Below are positions 51,137-61,184 of a DNA stretch of 64,000 nucleotides, piece by piece. Location: NCBI GenBank assembly GCA_013416795.1, contig RQSC01000007.1, forward strand, positions 116,490 to 180,489, given 5' to 3'. A program made the position numbers and the translations under genes. Origin of the DNA: Prasinococcaceae sp. CCMP 1430 (Eukaryota > Plantae > Prasinodermophyta). Each line of letters starts with the position of its first letter. The first letter of the stretch is position 1. The notes beneath the pieces are model-generated. The model had not been told where the DNA came from, ran no database searches, and was given only the letters and a program-made list of their open reading frames with translations.

Positions 51137-54100
51137 ATGGCGAGCCCTCTGGCTGGACCTCACTCCGTGCACCCGCCGGCGACCTCCGCTGCAGCGACGC
51201 CCGGCAGCAAGCGCAAGCGAACCTGCCGCACCTCCTCAGCTGGGCGCCTCACTGGGGCGCGGCCCACCACCGCCGTCCGACCTGCCGCCGCGACAGAGCG
51301 CCGAGCTTCTCTGGTGACGCCTGCACGCATGAGCGAGGCCCAGGAGATAGCTCGACACGGCGTGGTCGATGGCAAGATTCGGGCCAACATTTGTCCCTGT
51401 CATCAGTGCCGTGGCGACTCGGTCACACGATGCGTCGCTAAGGGGTCGTTCCTGATGGCCTGCCGGCAGCCTGGGTGCGACCTAATGTACTGCACGGGCT
51501 GCCTGGAGCATTGGTACGGCGCTGTGGGCGCGCCCCGAGAGTACATGGAAGCGACCACGCGAGGAGAGCACGGGTACATCGAGTGCTGCCCGCGTTGTGC
51601 GGGACTCTGTATGTGTCGCAAGTGCGTCAATGCTAAGCTGGATCCCGCGCGGCTATCCATGTATGCGGGGGGAGACGACGCCGTGGGCAGCGGCCGCAGC
51701 GCAACAGCGTTCGGGACTGGCTTCCTTGGGTCCGTCTTGGGTGACGAGGAGGCGCTCGCCGAGGCGAGGTACGTGCTGGCGTGCATACGCCGGCCACTGC
51801 TCGGACAAGCCAAGCTTCAAGAGCGCCACGCCCGGCGCGAGCTACGGCACATCCTGGCGGCGACGCGCGACGGCAACGACGAGCCCAGCCATACGGAGGT
51901 GACAGAGGCTATAGAAGCCATCCCTGTCATCGACCTGGGCGGGTGCCGCATGACGTGCACGCGCTGCAAGACGGCAATCTGGGACATCTTTGCTACGTGC
52001 AAGGCGAGCACGTGCGACGACCAGCCCGATTGCATGGATTTATGTCTGCAGTGCTGCGAGGACATTCGCGCGGAGCAACCAGGCGAAAACTTCACCTCGG
52101 TGCAGGACGCCAGCCGCGCCGATGGCGAGGCAGGCACGAGCGCTGCTGAAGACGGTGTTAGCTGCTGTCCTCGCAACGCGCGCCCTGTGCAAAGATGCGT
52201 GAGCCCACCTCCCAGCCCGCCGCTGGCGGCCGCGCTGGAGTCCTCGGCTGCGACGGCCCTTCCCTTCGAGCCACCAGCCCTAACGTGTGCTGAAGAGAAG
52301 GGATTGCGCGATTCCCGCCGACAAGCGCGCCGGTGCCCGAGCGTCGCTCGCTTCAGCCCTGGGAAAGAGGCTCAAAGGCCACAGCATGCCATCGAGCACA
52401 GGCGGCGATCGAGCATTGGTGACACGGAAGCAGCACGTTCTGCGGATCAACAGAGGCAGCCACGCGGCGCGGTCACACCTGTGGTGGATGTGGACTCGAG
52501 CGCCCGTGTGGCGAAGCGCGGCCGTCCTTGCCAGGCCGCTACGGAACCTCGACCCAAGCGTCAGCGTGCCAAGGTCGACCGATACGATCCCGATAAGGAG
52601 ATGTCAAAGCCACAGCTCGTCCGTGATCCGACCAAGTGCGACGTTCGAAGTATAGACGAGGTTCTGCAGGCGTTGCAAACGGGCAAGAAGAGCACACGTG
52701 CAGACAATCACGTGTCATGGACGGCTCCGCGCACATATGCCAAGGTAGGAGCTGACGGGGCACTGCGCTGTGTGCGCCCGTGCTGCCTTGGGGGCGGTAG
52801 TCGCGCGTGCGCCAGCATGCTCACGCTCAATCGCCTCCTCCGAAACGGTTGGGAGCGAGAGATCGTGGAGCACGACGCGAGCGCAATGGAGGTGGTTACA
52901 GCTCGTGAGGCCAAGGCCACGCCGCCAGGTGTGTTGCTCGGCTCTTGTATCTCGGAGGACGAGTTTCTGGCGTGCAAACCAGAAGGGAGTGAAGATGGCC
53001 TCGTGTGGAGCCCTGACTGGGCCACGCTCCCTCGTTCGGGCGTCGGCCACCGGGAGCCTGGCTGTGAGGAGGCCCTCGTTCGAGCCGACAAGGAGCGCGT
53101 GTCACGGTTTCGCCGCGAGTGGGCTGCAGGGCGGCCTATCGTGGTGCGCAACGCAAGTATGGGGAGCCGCATGAGTTGGGTACCCATTGCGCTGCGGCGC
53201 GCATGCATGGCAACGAGCAAGTCAGTGGACAAGAGGACAATGGGCGACGTGCGGGTAACCGTAGTCTGCTGCGAGCTGCCAGGCGAGCAATTCGCGCAGT
53301 CGAGCATCGACGAGTTTTGGGACACATATCAGCGCTTTGACGGGCGTGACCTGCAGGACAAGTACGAGCTTTTTAAGCTCAAGGACTGGCCTCCTGGCGA
53401 GACATTCGGCGAGTCGCTGCCACGGCATGAGGTGGACTTCAATGAGTGCCTGCCCTTCCAGCTCTACACGCACCCGCAAAATTCGCGCGTCAGCCTGTGC
53501 AACCTCGCGACGCGCCTGCCAGAGGAGGGCGTGCTGCGACCCGACCTCGGGCCGAAGATGTACACCGCGTTCGGCCACCGCGAGCAGACCGGGAAGGTGG
53601 GGGGCGTCGGCATGTCATGCACGCGCCTGCACTGCGACATGAGTGACGCGTGCAATGTGCTCATGCACACCGTCTCCGCGTCTGTGGATGAGCGCACAGG
53701 GTCGTCGCGCGCAGCGTGTGCCTCGGCCGCATCTGTGAAGTCGCCGTCGACATCATCGCTCGCAGGCGTGGGGGCCATCTGGTACATGTGGGGGCGCGAT
53801 CAGCGCCGCCAGCTCAGCGAGTACTTGAAGTCTCGCGCGGAGCTCTACCGGGCAGAACGGAAACCGAACGACGATGCCGACCCGGTCCACGATCAGACGT
53901 ACTTCGTCGCCGAGCGACAGCTCGACGAGCTGCGCGAGCATGGCCTCGAACCGTGGGTGATCTACCAGCGGCAAGGAGACGCCGTGGTGGTGCCAGCTGG
54001 CTGCCCGCATCAGGTGTACAACCTGGCGAGCTGTATTAAGGTTGCAGTGGACTTCGCCTCGCCAGAGAACGCGGACGTCTATACGACACTCAGCGACGAG

Positions 54101-54247
54101 TATCGAGGCCTGCCCGACGGTCATCGAGCGAAAGAGGATAAGTTGCAAGCGAGGACCATGCTCGTGCATGCCGCGCACGCCGCGCTCAAGGTGGTGCGTG
54201 AAGACGCGAGGGAGGGGGCAGCCGAGCAGTGCCAAAGTCGCGATTGA
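51137..54247 (+). CDS. KDM3/JMJD1-type JmjC histone demethylase with Cys-rich zinc-finger region (plant JMJ24-29/IBM1 clade)
   Basis: CHQCR...YCTGCLEHWY...CPRCAGLCMCRKC; LKDWPP, DLGPKMY, TRLHCDMSDA, PVHDQ, VPAGCPHQV, KVAVDFASPEN, EDKLQ. Fe ligands appear intact. Confidence 0.93.
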   Translation: MASPLAGPHSVHPPATSAAATPGSKRKRTCRTSSAGRLTGARPTTAVRPAAATERRASLVTPARMSEAQEIARHGVVDGKIRANICPCHQCRGDSVTRCVAKGSFLMACRQPGCDLMYCTGCLEHWYGAVGAPREYMEATTRGEHGYIECCPRCAGLCMCRKCVNAKLDPARLSMYAGGDDAVGSGRSATAFGTGFLGSVLGDEEALAEARYVLACIRRPLLGQAKLQERHARRELRHILAATRDGNDEPSHTEVTEAIEAIPVIDLGGCRMTCTRCKTAIWDIFATCKASTCDDQPDCMDLCLQCCEDIRAEQPGENFTSVQDASRADGEAGTSAAEDGVSCCPRNARPVQRCVSPPPSPPLAAALESSAATALPFEPPALTCAEEKGLRDSRRQARRCPSVARFSPGKEAQRPQHAIEHRRRSSIGDTEAARSADQQRQPRGAVTPVVDVDSSARVAKRGRPCQAATEPRPKRQRAKVDRYDPDKEMSKPQLVRDPTKCDVRSIDEVLQALQTGKKSTRADNHVSWTAPRTYAKVGADGALRCVRPCCLGGGSRACASMLTLNRLLRNGWEREIVEHDASAMEVVTAREAKATPPGVLLGSCISEDEFLACKPEGSEDGLVWSPDWATLPRSGVGHREPGCEEALVRADKERVSRFRREWAAGRPIVVRNASMGSRMSWVPIALRRACMATSKSVDKRTMGDVRVTVVCCELPGEQFAQSSIDEFWDTYQRFDGRDLQDKYELFKLKDWPPGETFGESLPRHEVDFNECLPFQLYTHPQNSRVSLCNLATRLPEEGVLRPDLGPKMYTAFGHREQTGKVGGVGMSCTRLHCDMSDACNVLMHTVSASVDERTGSSRAACASAASVKSPSTSSLAGVGAIWYMWGRDQRRQLSEYLKSRAELYRAERKPNDDADPVHDQTYFVAERQLDELREHGLEPWVIYQRQGDAVVVPAGCPHQVYNLASCIKVAVDFASPENADVYTTLSDEYRGLPDGHRAKEDKLQARTMLVHAAHAALKVVREDAREGAAEQCQSRD

Positions 54248-54692
54248 CATCAGTAATGTCGCTATTGCTCACACCACCTCCTCCTTCGCCCTGTTCGCTT
54301 GCGCGCGTGTGACGCGTGGGTGTGTGCCTCTCCCTCTTCTCCCGTCCCGCGTGCACGCTCCCCTGCATGCATGCGACAGGACCAGGCAGTCCACGTTGGC
54401 AATCAATCAATTTTTGCAACCGCCGAATGTGCGAACCTCAACGCTAAACCCAATCGCCTGTGCGCCGGCGGCTGGCGGCTGCAGCCGCCGACCGTGGCGT
54501 GCGTGCCAGAGAGGGGGAGAGGGAGAGCGGGGCGGGCACACGCGCCACACGCGCGCTCTCGGGCACCCTCGCGGGCGCCATGGCGCCACGCAACGCGTCG
54601 CACCCGTGGGGCGGGCGCGGCGGCGGGCGCGGCTGCGCGACCGCCGCGCCTGTGGCCCTGCCCTTCCCCGCCGCGAGTGCTGACGGTCGGAG

Positions 54693-55441
54693 GTAAGAAG
54701 ATAAACAAGCGCGCGTACGGCAATGTCCGCAAGCAGGAGCGTGAGGAGAAAGCCAGGCAGGCACACGAGCGCCAGGCGCAGCAGCAACAGAGGAAGCACA
54801 AGCGGCGGCGAACAGAGATCACGGACGGCGCGTCGCTCGCCGAGGCGTGCGCGGCATACCGCGAGCGCCACAGCGTGGAGCGTGTGCCCGACGCGCCAGC
54901 GAAGGCGACGGTCGTCGTTGGCAACGAGGCCGCGCTGGTCTCGGAGATAGTCACCGAGGCGGGCGGTCACGCCGAATCCAGGCAGCTGCACGCGCTCGTC
55001 CTCTCAGGCGCCGCTCTTCGCTGTGTAGACGTATACAAGGCGCTGCGGGGCGCGGCGCCGGCAACCCGTCCGCTAAAGCTCTTCGCGAAGCACATCAAGC
55101 CGCCGGAGCAGGTGGCGCAGCTCAGGCAGGCAGGACCCCGCGCCGCGGGCGCGGGCACGCCCGGACGCGTGAGGCAGCTGGCGCAGATGGGCGCGCTCGA
55201 CCTCGAGTCTCTGCAGGTCCTCGTGCTGGACTGCCGCAAGGACTCGAAGGACTTCCAGCTCTGCTCACATCCGGACACAGCGGCAGACACACTGCACCTT
55301 GTGCACGAGTGTGTCAACGCGCGCGTCGTCGTCTGGCTCAGCGGCGACGACGCCAGCTTTGCCGCCGCGGCGCAGCTTGGAAACGTCGACGACGCCAACG
55401 ACGATGGCGCCGTCGTCGACGCTTCTCTGCTCGAGGACTAG
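54693..55441 (+). CDS. CMS1: CMS1/CMSS1 90S pre-ribosome subunit (RecA-like); 5' end uncertain
   Basis: LVLSGAALRCVDV, KLFAKHIK..EQ, GTPGRV..L...GAL, LVLD..KDSK. Confidence 0.82.
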
Positions 55442-55660
55442 AGCGCATGTTGTGGGCACTCGCAACTCAAGTAAGACAATGTACAATTACCTTGACGGCG
55501 CAGGCGCAGTGCGCAGGACCGACCGCGACGCAGCGCTATGCATGGGGTATCGCGTTCAGTGGGACATCGCCCCACATTGCGCTGCTCGCGAGGCGACGCC
55601 CCGAAGGCGTGCGCTCGGCCGGAAGGCGAGGCAGGTGGATGCTGCACGCCAGGCACGCCC

Positions 55661-55996
55661 CTATTGCTCGCCCTCGCCCTCATCGTCACCGGCATGGGCA
55701 TCCTCCGGCTCATCACCACCCTCGGCGAAGTCTGCAACAACGTCCCGTAGGAAGTCGTAGTCCTCCACCGCGTCCACCACCGCCTTGAGGTCCCCGATGC
55801 TCACCGTCTTGGCGTCGCGCTCCTTGGTCTTCTCTGCGGCCTCCTTGGCGAGCGCGCCGATGAAGAGCTCGAGCGCCTTCGAAATGAGGATTGGTGTGGT
55901 CTGGCCAATCTTGCCGACTTCGTCGTCGGCGAGCATCATCTTGCGAATGCGCGAGGCCGGGAACTTGAGCTCCGCCGCCTCCTTGCATCCGCGCAT
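55661..55996 (-). CDS. DRAP1: NC2-alpha/DRAP1-like histone-fold protein
   Basis: FPASRIRKMMLADDEVGKI...PILISKALELFI...DYDFLRDVV with an acidic tail. Confidence 0.88.
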   Translation of the reverse strand: MRGCKEAAELKFPASRIRKMMLADDEVGKIGQTTPILISKALELFIGALAKEAAEKTKERDAKTVSIGDLKAVVDAVEDYDFLRDVVADFAEGGDEPEDAHAGDDEGEGEQ

Positions 55997-56592
55997 GGCT
56001 GCGCTCCGCCCCGTCCCCCCCNCGCATGTATCTGACGCACACGTTGATGCGCGCGTCGTCGCGATTTGCCCTCGCGCGCATTGCCTCGTGCAGCAAGAAG
56101 GCCGAGACCGGCGCCCCCGAGCCGAAGACGAAGGCCAAGGACAACAAGCCTGTCTTCAACGATTAAAGATCTGTACGTGACATTGCCAGACTGTGACTAC
56201 ACTACGTTGATGCGCAGGGACGTTGCGTCCGGAGGCGCGTGCGCGCGCGTGAAGCGAGCGGCGAGCTGGTGCGGCCGAGCGCGCGAGCGCTCGCAACCGT
56301 CCCTGTCCTTGCAGCTGGGCCAGAGGATGACGATGGCCAGCGCCAGAACGCGTAGGCCTGCTCGACACTATTGCACGGCCTGGGAGTTCGTCAGCACCCC
56401 CCCGTCCGGCCCGGCCTCCTGCAGTACGAGGTCTGTGACGCGGGCGTGGGAGGGGGCAAGAAGAGGGTGGGAGGTACGGTGTACCCCTTCGGACGCTTGA
56501 ACCTCCGCGGAGGCCTTACCGGCGGGGGAAAGCGAGGAGGGGAGGAGCGGGTTGCGCGCCGGGCGCCGCTTTAGCGTCCCCGCGCGAGAGGC

Positions 56593-59500
56593 ATGTGCCC
56601 ACCGGAGGACGCCATGGGGGGTGGCGGCGGCGAGGAGGCAGTGCAGACGTTCGGGGCGGATGGCGACGCGCCGGCGGGCACCCACACAGAGTTGCTCGAC
56701 AAGCCGTGCTTTGCTGAGGCGCAGCGGCCGCGCACGATCGAGCACATCCGCTTTGGCCTGCTGTCGACCGACGACGTGGTGCGTCGGGCGGAGTTAAAGG
56801 TCACCGAGCGCAACCTCTACGCGCTGCCGCAGCGCAAGCCGCTGCCGGGAGGCGTGCTGGACCCACGCCTGGGCACTACCGACAAGCGGGGTGTATGCCA
56901 AACCTGTAAGGGCACGCTGTCCGAGTGCGCGGGCCACTACGGCTACATCCACCTCTACCTCCCCGTCTTCCACATCGGCTACTTCAAGTCGGTGCTCACT
57001 CTTCTTCAGTGCGTGTGCAAGCGCTGCTCTCGCGTGCTGCTGCCGGAAGACCCCGCGTTAAACGAGTCGCGACAAACGCAAGCATGGCTGAGGGGAATGC
57101 GAGACCCCCGCAGGGATGTGGGCTACCGCCGCGCCTTGCTCAAGAAAATCATTGAGGCGTGCAAGCGATGCAAGACCTGCCCGCATTGCGGCACGGCGAA
57201 TGGCGCCGTCCGCAAGGTCGCGTCCGCCCTCAAGATCACGCACGACCCCTGGGGAAAGGACGGGCTTCCCGACGACGTCATCAAGGACTACCTGAACGCA
57301 CGCGACAGGAACAAGGACCTCGGCACGCTCATGGCCTCCAACAAGGCGGTCGAGGACCTCACTCCTGTGCGCGTGCTGGAGATCTTCCAGGCGATGCCGC
57401 CGCGCGACTGCGAGCTGCTTGATCTCAAGGAACGCCCCGAGCGCCTCATCCTGACGCACCTGACGGTGCCGCCAGTGTGCATCCGGCCATCTGTCGAAAT
57501 GGAGGGCCAGCAGGGTACGAACGAGGACGACATCACGATGACGCTCATGCAGATCATCGAGGTGAACAACTCGGTGCGCAAAGGCCTGGAGGGCTCGCAC
57601 TCGCCGAACAACCTCGCCGAGAATTGGGACTTCCTCCAGGTCAAGGTTGCGCAGTTTATAGACTCTGGCCTGCCGGGCCTGCCGCCGTCTTACCAGGGCA
57701 ACTCCAAGCCCATGAAGGGGTTCGTGCAGCGCCTCAAGGGCAAGCAGGGCCGCTTCCGCGGAAACCTCAGCGGCAAGCGCGTCGACTTCAGCGGGCGCAC
57801 CGTCATCAGCCCCGACCCCAACTTGCGCATTGACCAGGTTGGCGTGCCCGAGCACATGGCGAAGACGCTCACGTTTCCTGAGCCCGTCAACAGCAGCAAC
57901 ATCCGCGAGCTGGCGCGCTGTGTGAAGAATGGCGTGAAGAGGCACCCCGGCGCGAACTTCCTGACGAAGAAGAAGGACGGCATCAAGACCTACCTCAAGT
58001 TCGCCTCGCGCAACGAGATGGCGGAGCACCTGGAGCCCGGCGACATCGTGGAGCGCCACCTGCGGGACGGCGACGTCGTGCTCTTCAACCGCCAGCCCTC
58101 GCTGCACAAGATGTCCATCATGGCGCACCGCGTGGTCGTGAAGAAGTGGCGCACGCTACGCTTCAACGAATGTGTGTGCGCGCCGTACAACGCCGACTTC
58201 GACGGCGACGAGATGAATTTGCACGTGCCGCAGACGTACGAGGCGCGCTCAGAGGCACTTGAGCTCATGGGCGTTCACAACAACCTCTTCACGCCAAAGA
58301 ACAGCGAGGCCCTTGTGTGCGCCACGCAGGACTTCCTCACGAGCGCGTTCCTCCTTACGCGCCGCGACACTTTCGTCGACCGCTCCGAGCTTGGGCTCTT
58401 CCTGTCGCACATGGAGCTCCCTGACTGCCACAATCTGGCGGCGCCTGTCATTCCGCCGCCGGCTGTCCTCAAGCCGGTCGAGCTCTGGACGGGCAAGCAG
58501 GTCATGAGCATCATGGTCCACCGCGCAATAACCTTCGCGCGCGCGGACGTCAACGGCGGAAAAGGCTCGTCGCCCGTGGGCACCTTCGGTGACATCGCTG
58601 TCCGTGGCATCACCACCGAGGTGAAGGAGCGCACGTACACTGACGGCGAGCACATGTGTGTGATGGACGGCTACGTGCACTTTAAGAACGGCGAGCTGCT
58701 CTCGGGACGCGTCGGTAAAGGCGCGCTGGGAGGCTCGAAGGCCGGCCTCTTCAGCGTGCTCGCGCGCGAGAGAGGCCCGAAAACAGCGGCTTCCGCCATG
58801 AATGTGCTCAGCCGCGTGTCGGCTCGCTGGATCGGTGAGCGCGGCTTTAGCATTGGCATCGGCGACGTGACTCCCGGCCCGAGGCTTCGCGAATTGAAGG
58901 ACAGTACAGTCCAGGCGGGCTACGACACATGCGACAACCACATCGACTCGTACCAGAAGGGCACGCTCACGCTGCAGGCGGGCTGCGACGCCGACCAGAC
59001 GCTCGAGGCGAAGGTTACCGGCGAGCTCAACAAGATCCGCGAGGAGACTGGCCGCGTGTGTCAGCGCGAGCTCGGGCCGCACAACAGCACCCTGGTGATG
59101 GCGCAGGCGGGCTCCAAAGGGAGCGCCATCAACATTTCGCAGATGGTCGCCTGCGTGGGTCAGCAAACCGTCAGCGGCCAGCGCGCCCCCAACGGCTTCC
59201 TCGATCGCTCGCTGCCTCACTTCAAGCGTCGCGCGCGCGAGCCTGCGGCCAAGGGCTTCGTTGCCAGCTCGTTCTTCACGGGTCTCACGCCCACCGAGTT
59301 TTTCTTCCACACCATGGGAGGCCGCGAGGGTTTGGTGGACACAGCCGTGAAGACAGCTGAGACGGGGTACATGTCACGCCGCCTTATGAAGGCGCTCGAG
59401 GACCTGAGCGCGCAGTACGACGGCACCGTTCGAAACAGTTCCTCGAACATCGTGCAGCTTGTGTACGGCGACGACGGCCTGGACCCAGTCCTCATGGAGG

Positions 59501-61095
59501 GCAGCAGCTCGCCGGTCGACACCAAACGTGTCATGAAGCAGGTGCAGGCAGTCATTCCCAGGCGAGGGGAGGCCCCGCTGGGCCCTTCGATGCTGTCGGA
59601 CTGCATTGAGGAGGTGCTGGCAGATGCCCTCAAGGCTGCGGACGTGCTCGAGAGCGAACGGGACGATGTGCTGCGGGAGGCGATGACAGAGCCCAGCGAA
59701 GACGAGAGCTTGGTCCAATCGGACGGCCGTTCGCGCGCGATGGGCAATTTTGTGCGCAAGCTGCGCGAGTTCTGCGATGGCGTCGCGCTGGAGACCGACA
59801 AGAAGGCGAAGCAACTGGGCTACGGTGCAGACTGGGAGACCGCTGACTCTGACATTACGCCCATCGACATTGAGCTGATGGGTGGCCTCACGAGGGCTCA
59901 GCTTGTGGAGCTGGTCGCCACGTGCGTGCGCAAGTATTGCGCGAAGCGCGTGGAGCCTGGCAGCGCCGTGGGTGCGGTGGGCGCGCAGAGTATCGGCGAG
60001 CCCGGCACGCAGATGACCCTGAAGACGTTTCACTTCGCCGGTGTGGCCAGCATGAACGTCACCCTGGGCGTGCCCCGCATCAAAGAGATCATCAACGCCA
60101 GCAAGAACATCTCGACCCCGATTATCACGGTGAAGCTTGAGAACGACCACGACGAGACTGCCGCACGCATGGTCAAGGCGCGAATTGAGAAGACCACGCT
60201 TGGCGACGTGGCAAAGCACGTGCGCAGCGTGCTGTCCTCCCGCCGCAGCTACATCGAGGTCGAGCTTGACTCCGAGGCCATCTCCAACTTGCAGCTCAAG
60301 ATTGATGTGCAGAGCGTCGTTACGAAGGTTCTATCCTCCAAGCTCAAGATCGCCGATCACGAAGTCAGGGTTACCGGCAAGTACAAGTTTGTGGTGCTCG
60401 TGAATGGACAAGCTCGCAGCCGCTCGGCTGCAGCCGAGGCCGAGGCCGCCAAGCTCTCGAACAACCCGTTCTTTAAACTGCAGAGCCTGCGCGCTGCACT
60501 GCCACAGGTCATCATCAAAGGCATTGGCTCGGTGGAGCGTGCGGTGATCAACCAGGAAGACGGCAAGTACAACCTCCTCGTGGAGGGCACCAACATGTGC
60601 GAAGTAATGGGAACGGAGGGAGTCTGCGGAGAGCAGACCACCACCAACCACGTGATGGAGGCGGAAAAGACGCTGGGCATCGAGGCCGCGCGAAGCACTA
60701 TCATCAGTCAGGTGGAATTCACCATGAACTCGCACGGCATGTCCATCGACCGGCGCCACTCCATGCTGCTGGCGGACGTCATGACGTACAAGGGGGAGGT
60801 CCTGGGCATCACGCGCTTCGGCATCGCCAAAATGAAGGAGAGCGTGCTCATGCTGGCGTCATTTGAGAAGACCACTGACCACCTCTACGACGCCGCTCTG
60901 CATGGTCGCGTTGACAAGATCGACGGCGTGTCTGAGAGCATTATCATGGGCATGCCCGCGCCCGTCGGCAGCGGCACATTCAAGCTCGTTATGCACGACG
61001 AGCACGGCCCCACGGCGTCCAGGCCGCGCGCGCGGAAGGGCAAGACGTCCAAACAGATGTTTGTCGACGAGCCGTTCATTGAGCCGCTCACATGA
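56593..61095 (+). CDS. NRPC1: RNA polymerase III largest subunit, intronless (start at 56593 or 56605)
   Basis: YNADFDGDEMN active site, GRFRGNLSGKRVDF, TQMTLKTFH, GITRFGIAKMKESVLMLASFEKTTDHL (RPC1-type). No CTD heptads. Confidence 0.97.
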   Translation: MCPPEDAMGGGGGEEAVQTFGADGDAPAGTHTELLDKPCFAEAQRPRTIEHIRFGLLSTDDVVRRAELKVTERNLYALPQRKPLPGGVLDPRLGTTDKRGVCQTCKGTLSECAGHYGYIHLYLPVFHIGYFKSVLTLLQCVCKRCSRVLLPEDPALNESRQTQAWLRGMRDPRRDVGYRRALLKKIIEACKRCKTCPHCGTANGAVRKVASALKITHDPWGKDGLPDDVIKDYLNARDRNKDLGTLMASNKAVEDLTPVRVLEIFQAMPPRDCELLDLKERPERLILTHLTVPPVCIRPSVEMEGQQGTNEDDITMTLMQIIEVNNSVRKGLEGSHSPNNLAENWDFLQVKVAQFIDSGLPGLPPSYQGNSKPMKGFVQRLKGKQGRFRGNLSGKRVDFSGRTVISPDPNLRIDQVGVPEHMAKTLTFPEPVNSSNIRELARCVKNGVKRHPGANFLTKKKDGIKTYLKFASRNEMAEHLEPGDIVERHLRDGDVVLFNRQPSLHKMSIMAHRVVVKKWRTLRFNECVCAPYNADFDGDEMNLHVPQTYEARSEALELMGVHNNLFTPKNSEALVCATQDFLTSAFLLTRRDTFVDRSELGLFLSHMELPDCHNLAAPVIPPPAVLKPVELWTGKQVMSIMVHRAITFARADVNGGKGSSPVGTFGDIAVRGITTEVKERTYTDGEHMCVMDGYVHFKNGELLSGRVGKGALGGSKAGLFSVLARERGPKTAASAMNVLSRVSARWIGERGFSIGIGDVTPGPRLRELKDSTVQAGYDTCDNHIDSYQKGTLTLQAGCDADQTLEAKVTGELNKIREETGRVCQRELGPHNSTLVMAQAGSKGSAINISQMVACVGQQTVSGQRAPNGFLDRSLPHFKRRAREPAAKGFVASSFFTGLTPTEFFFHTMGGREGLVDTAVKTAETGYMSRRLMKALEDLSAQYDGTVRNSSSNIVQLVYGDDGLDPVLMEGSSSPVDTKRVMKQVQAVIPRRGEAPLGPSMLSDCIEEVLADALKAADVLESERDDVLREAMTEPSEDESLVQSDGRSRAMGNFVRKLREFCDGVALETDKKAKQLGYGADWETADSDITPIDIELMGGLTRAQLVELVATCVRKYCAKRVEPGSAVGAVGAQSIGEPGTQMTLKTFHFAGVASMNVTLGVPRIKEIINASKNISTPIITVKLENDHDETAARMVKARIEKTTLGDVAKHVRSVLSSRRSYIEVELDSEAISNLQLKIDVQSVVTKVLSSKLKIADHEVRVTGKYKFVVLVNGQARSRSAAAEAEAAKLSNNPFFKLQSLRAALPQVIIKGIGSVERAVINQEDGKYNLLVEGTNMCEVMGTEGVCGEQTTTNHVMEAEKTLGIEAARSTIISQVEFTMNSHGMSIDRRHSMLLADVMTYKGEVLGITRFGIAKMKESVLMLASFEKTTDHLYDAALHGRVDKIDGVSESIIMGMPAPVGSGTFKLVMHDEHGPTASRPRARKGKTSKQMFVDEPFIEPLT

Positions 61096-61184
61096 GACAC
61101 GCTTGGGCCGATAAACATACATACATAATAAGGGGTGATATGACGTTACGACACATTGGCCATCGCCGCGTTCCTTCGTTGCAC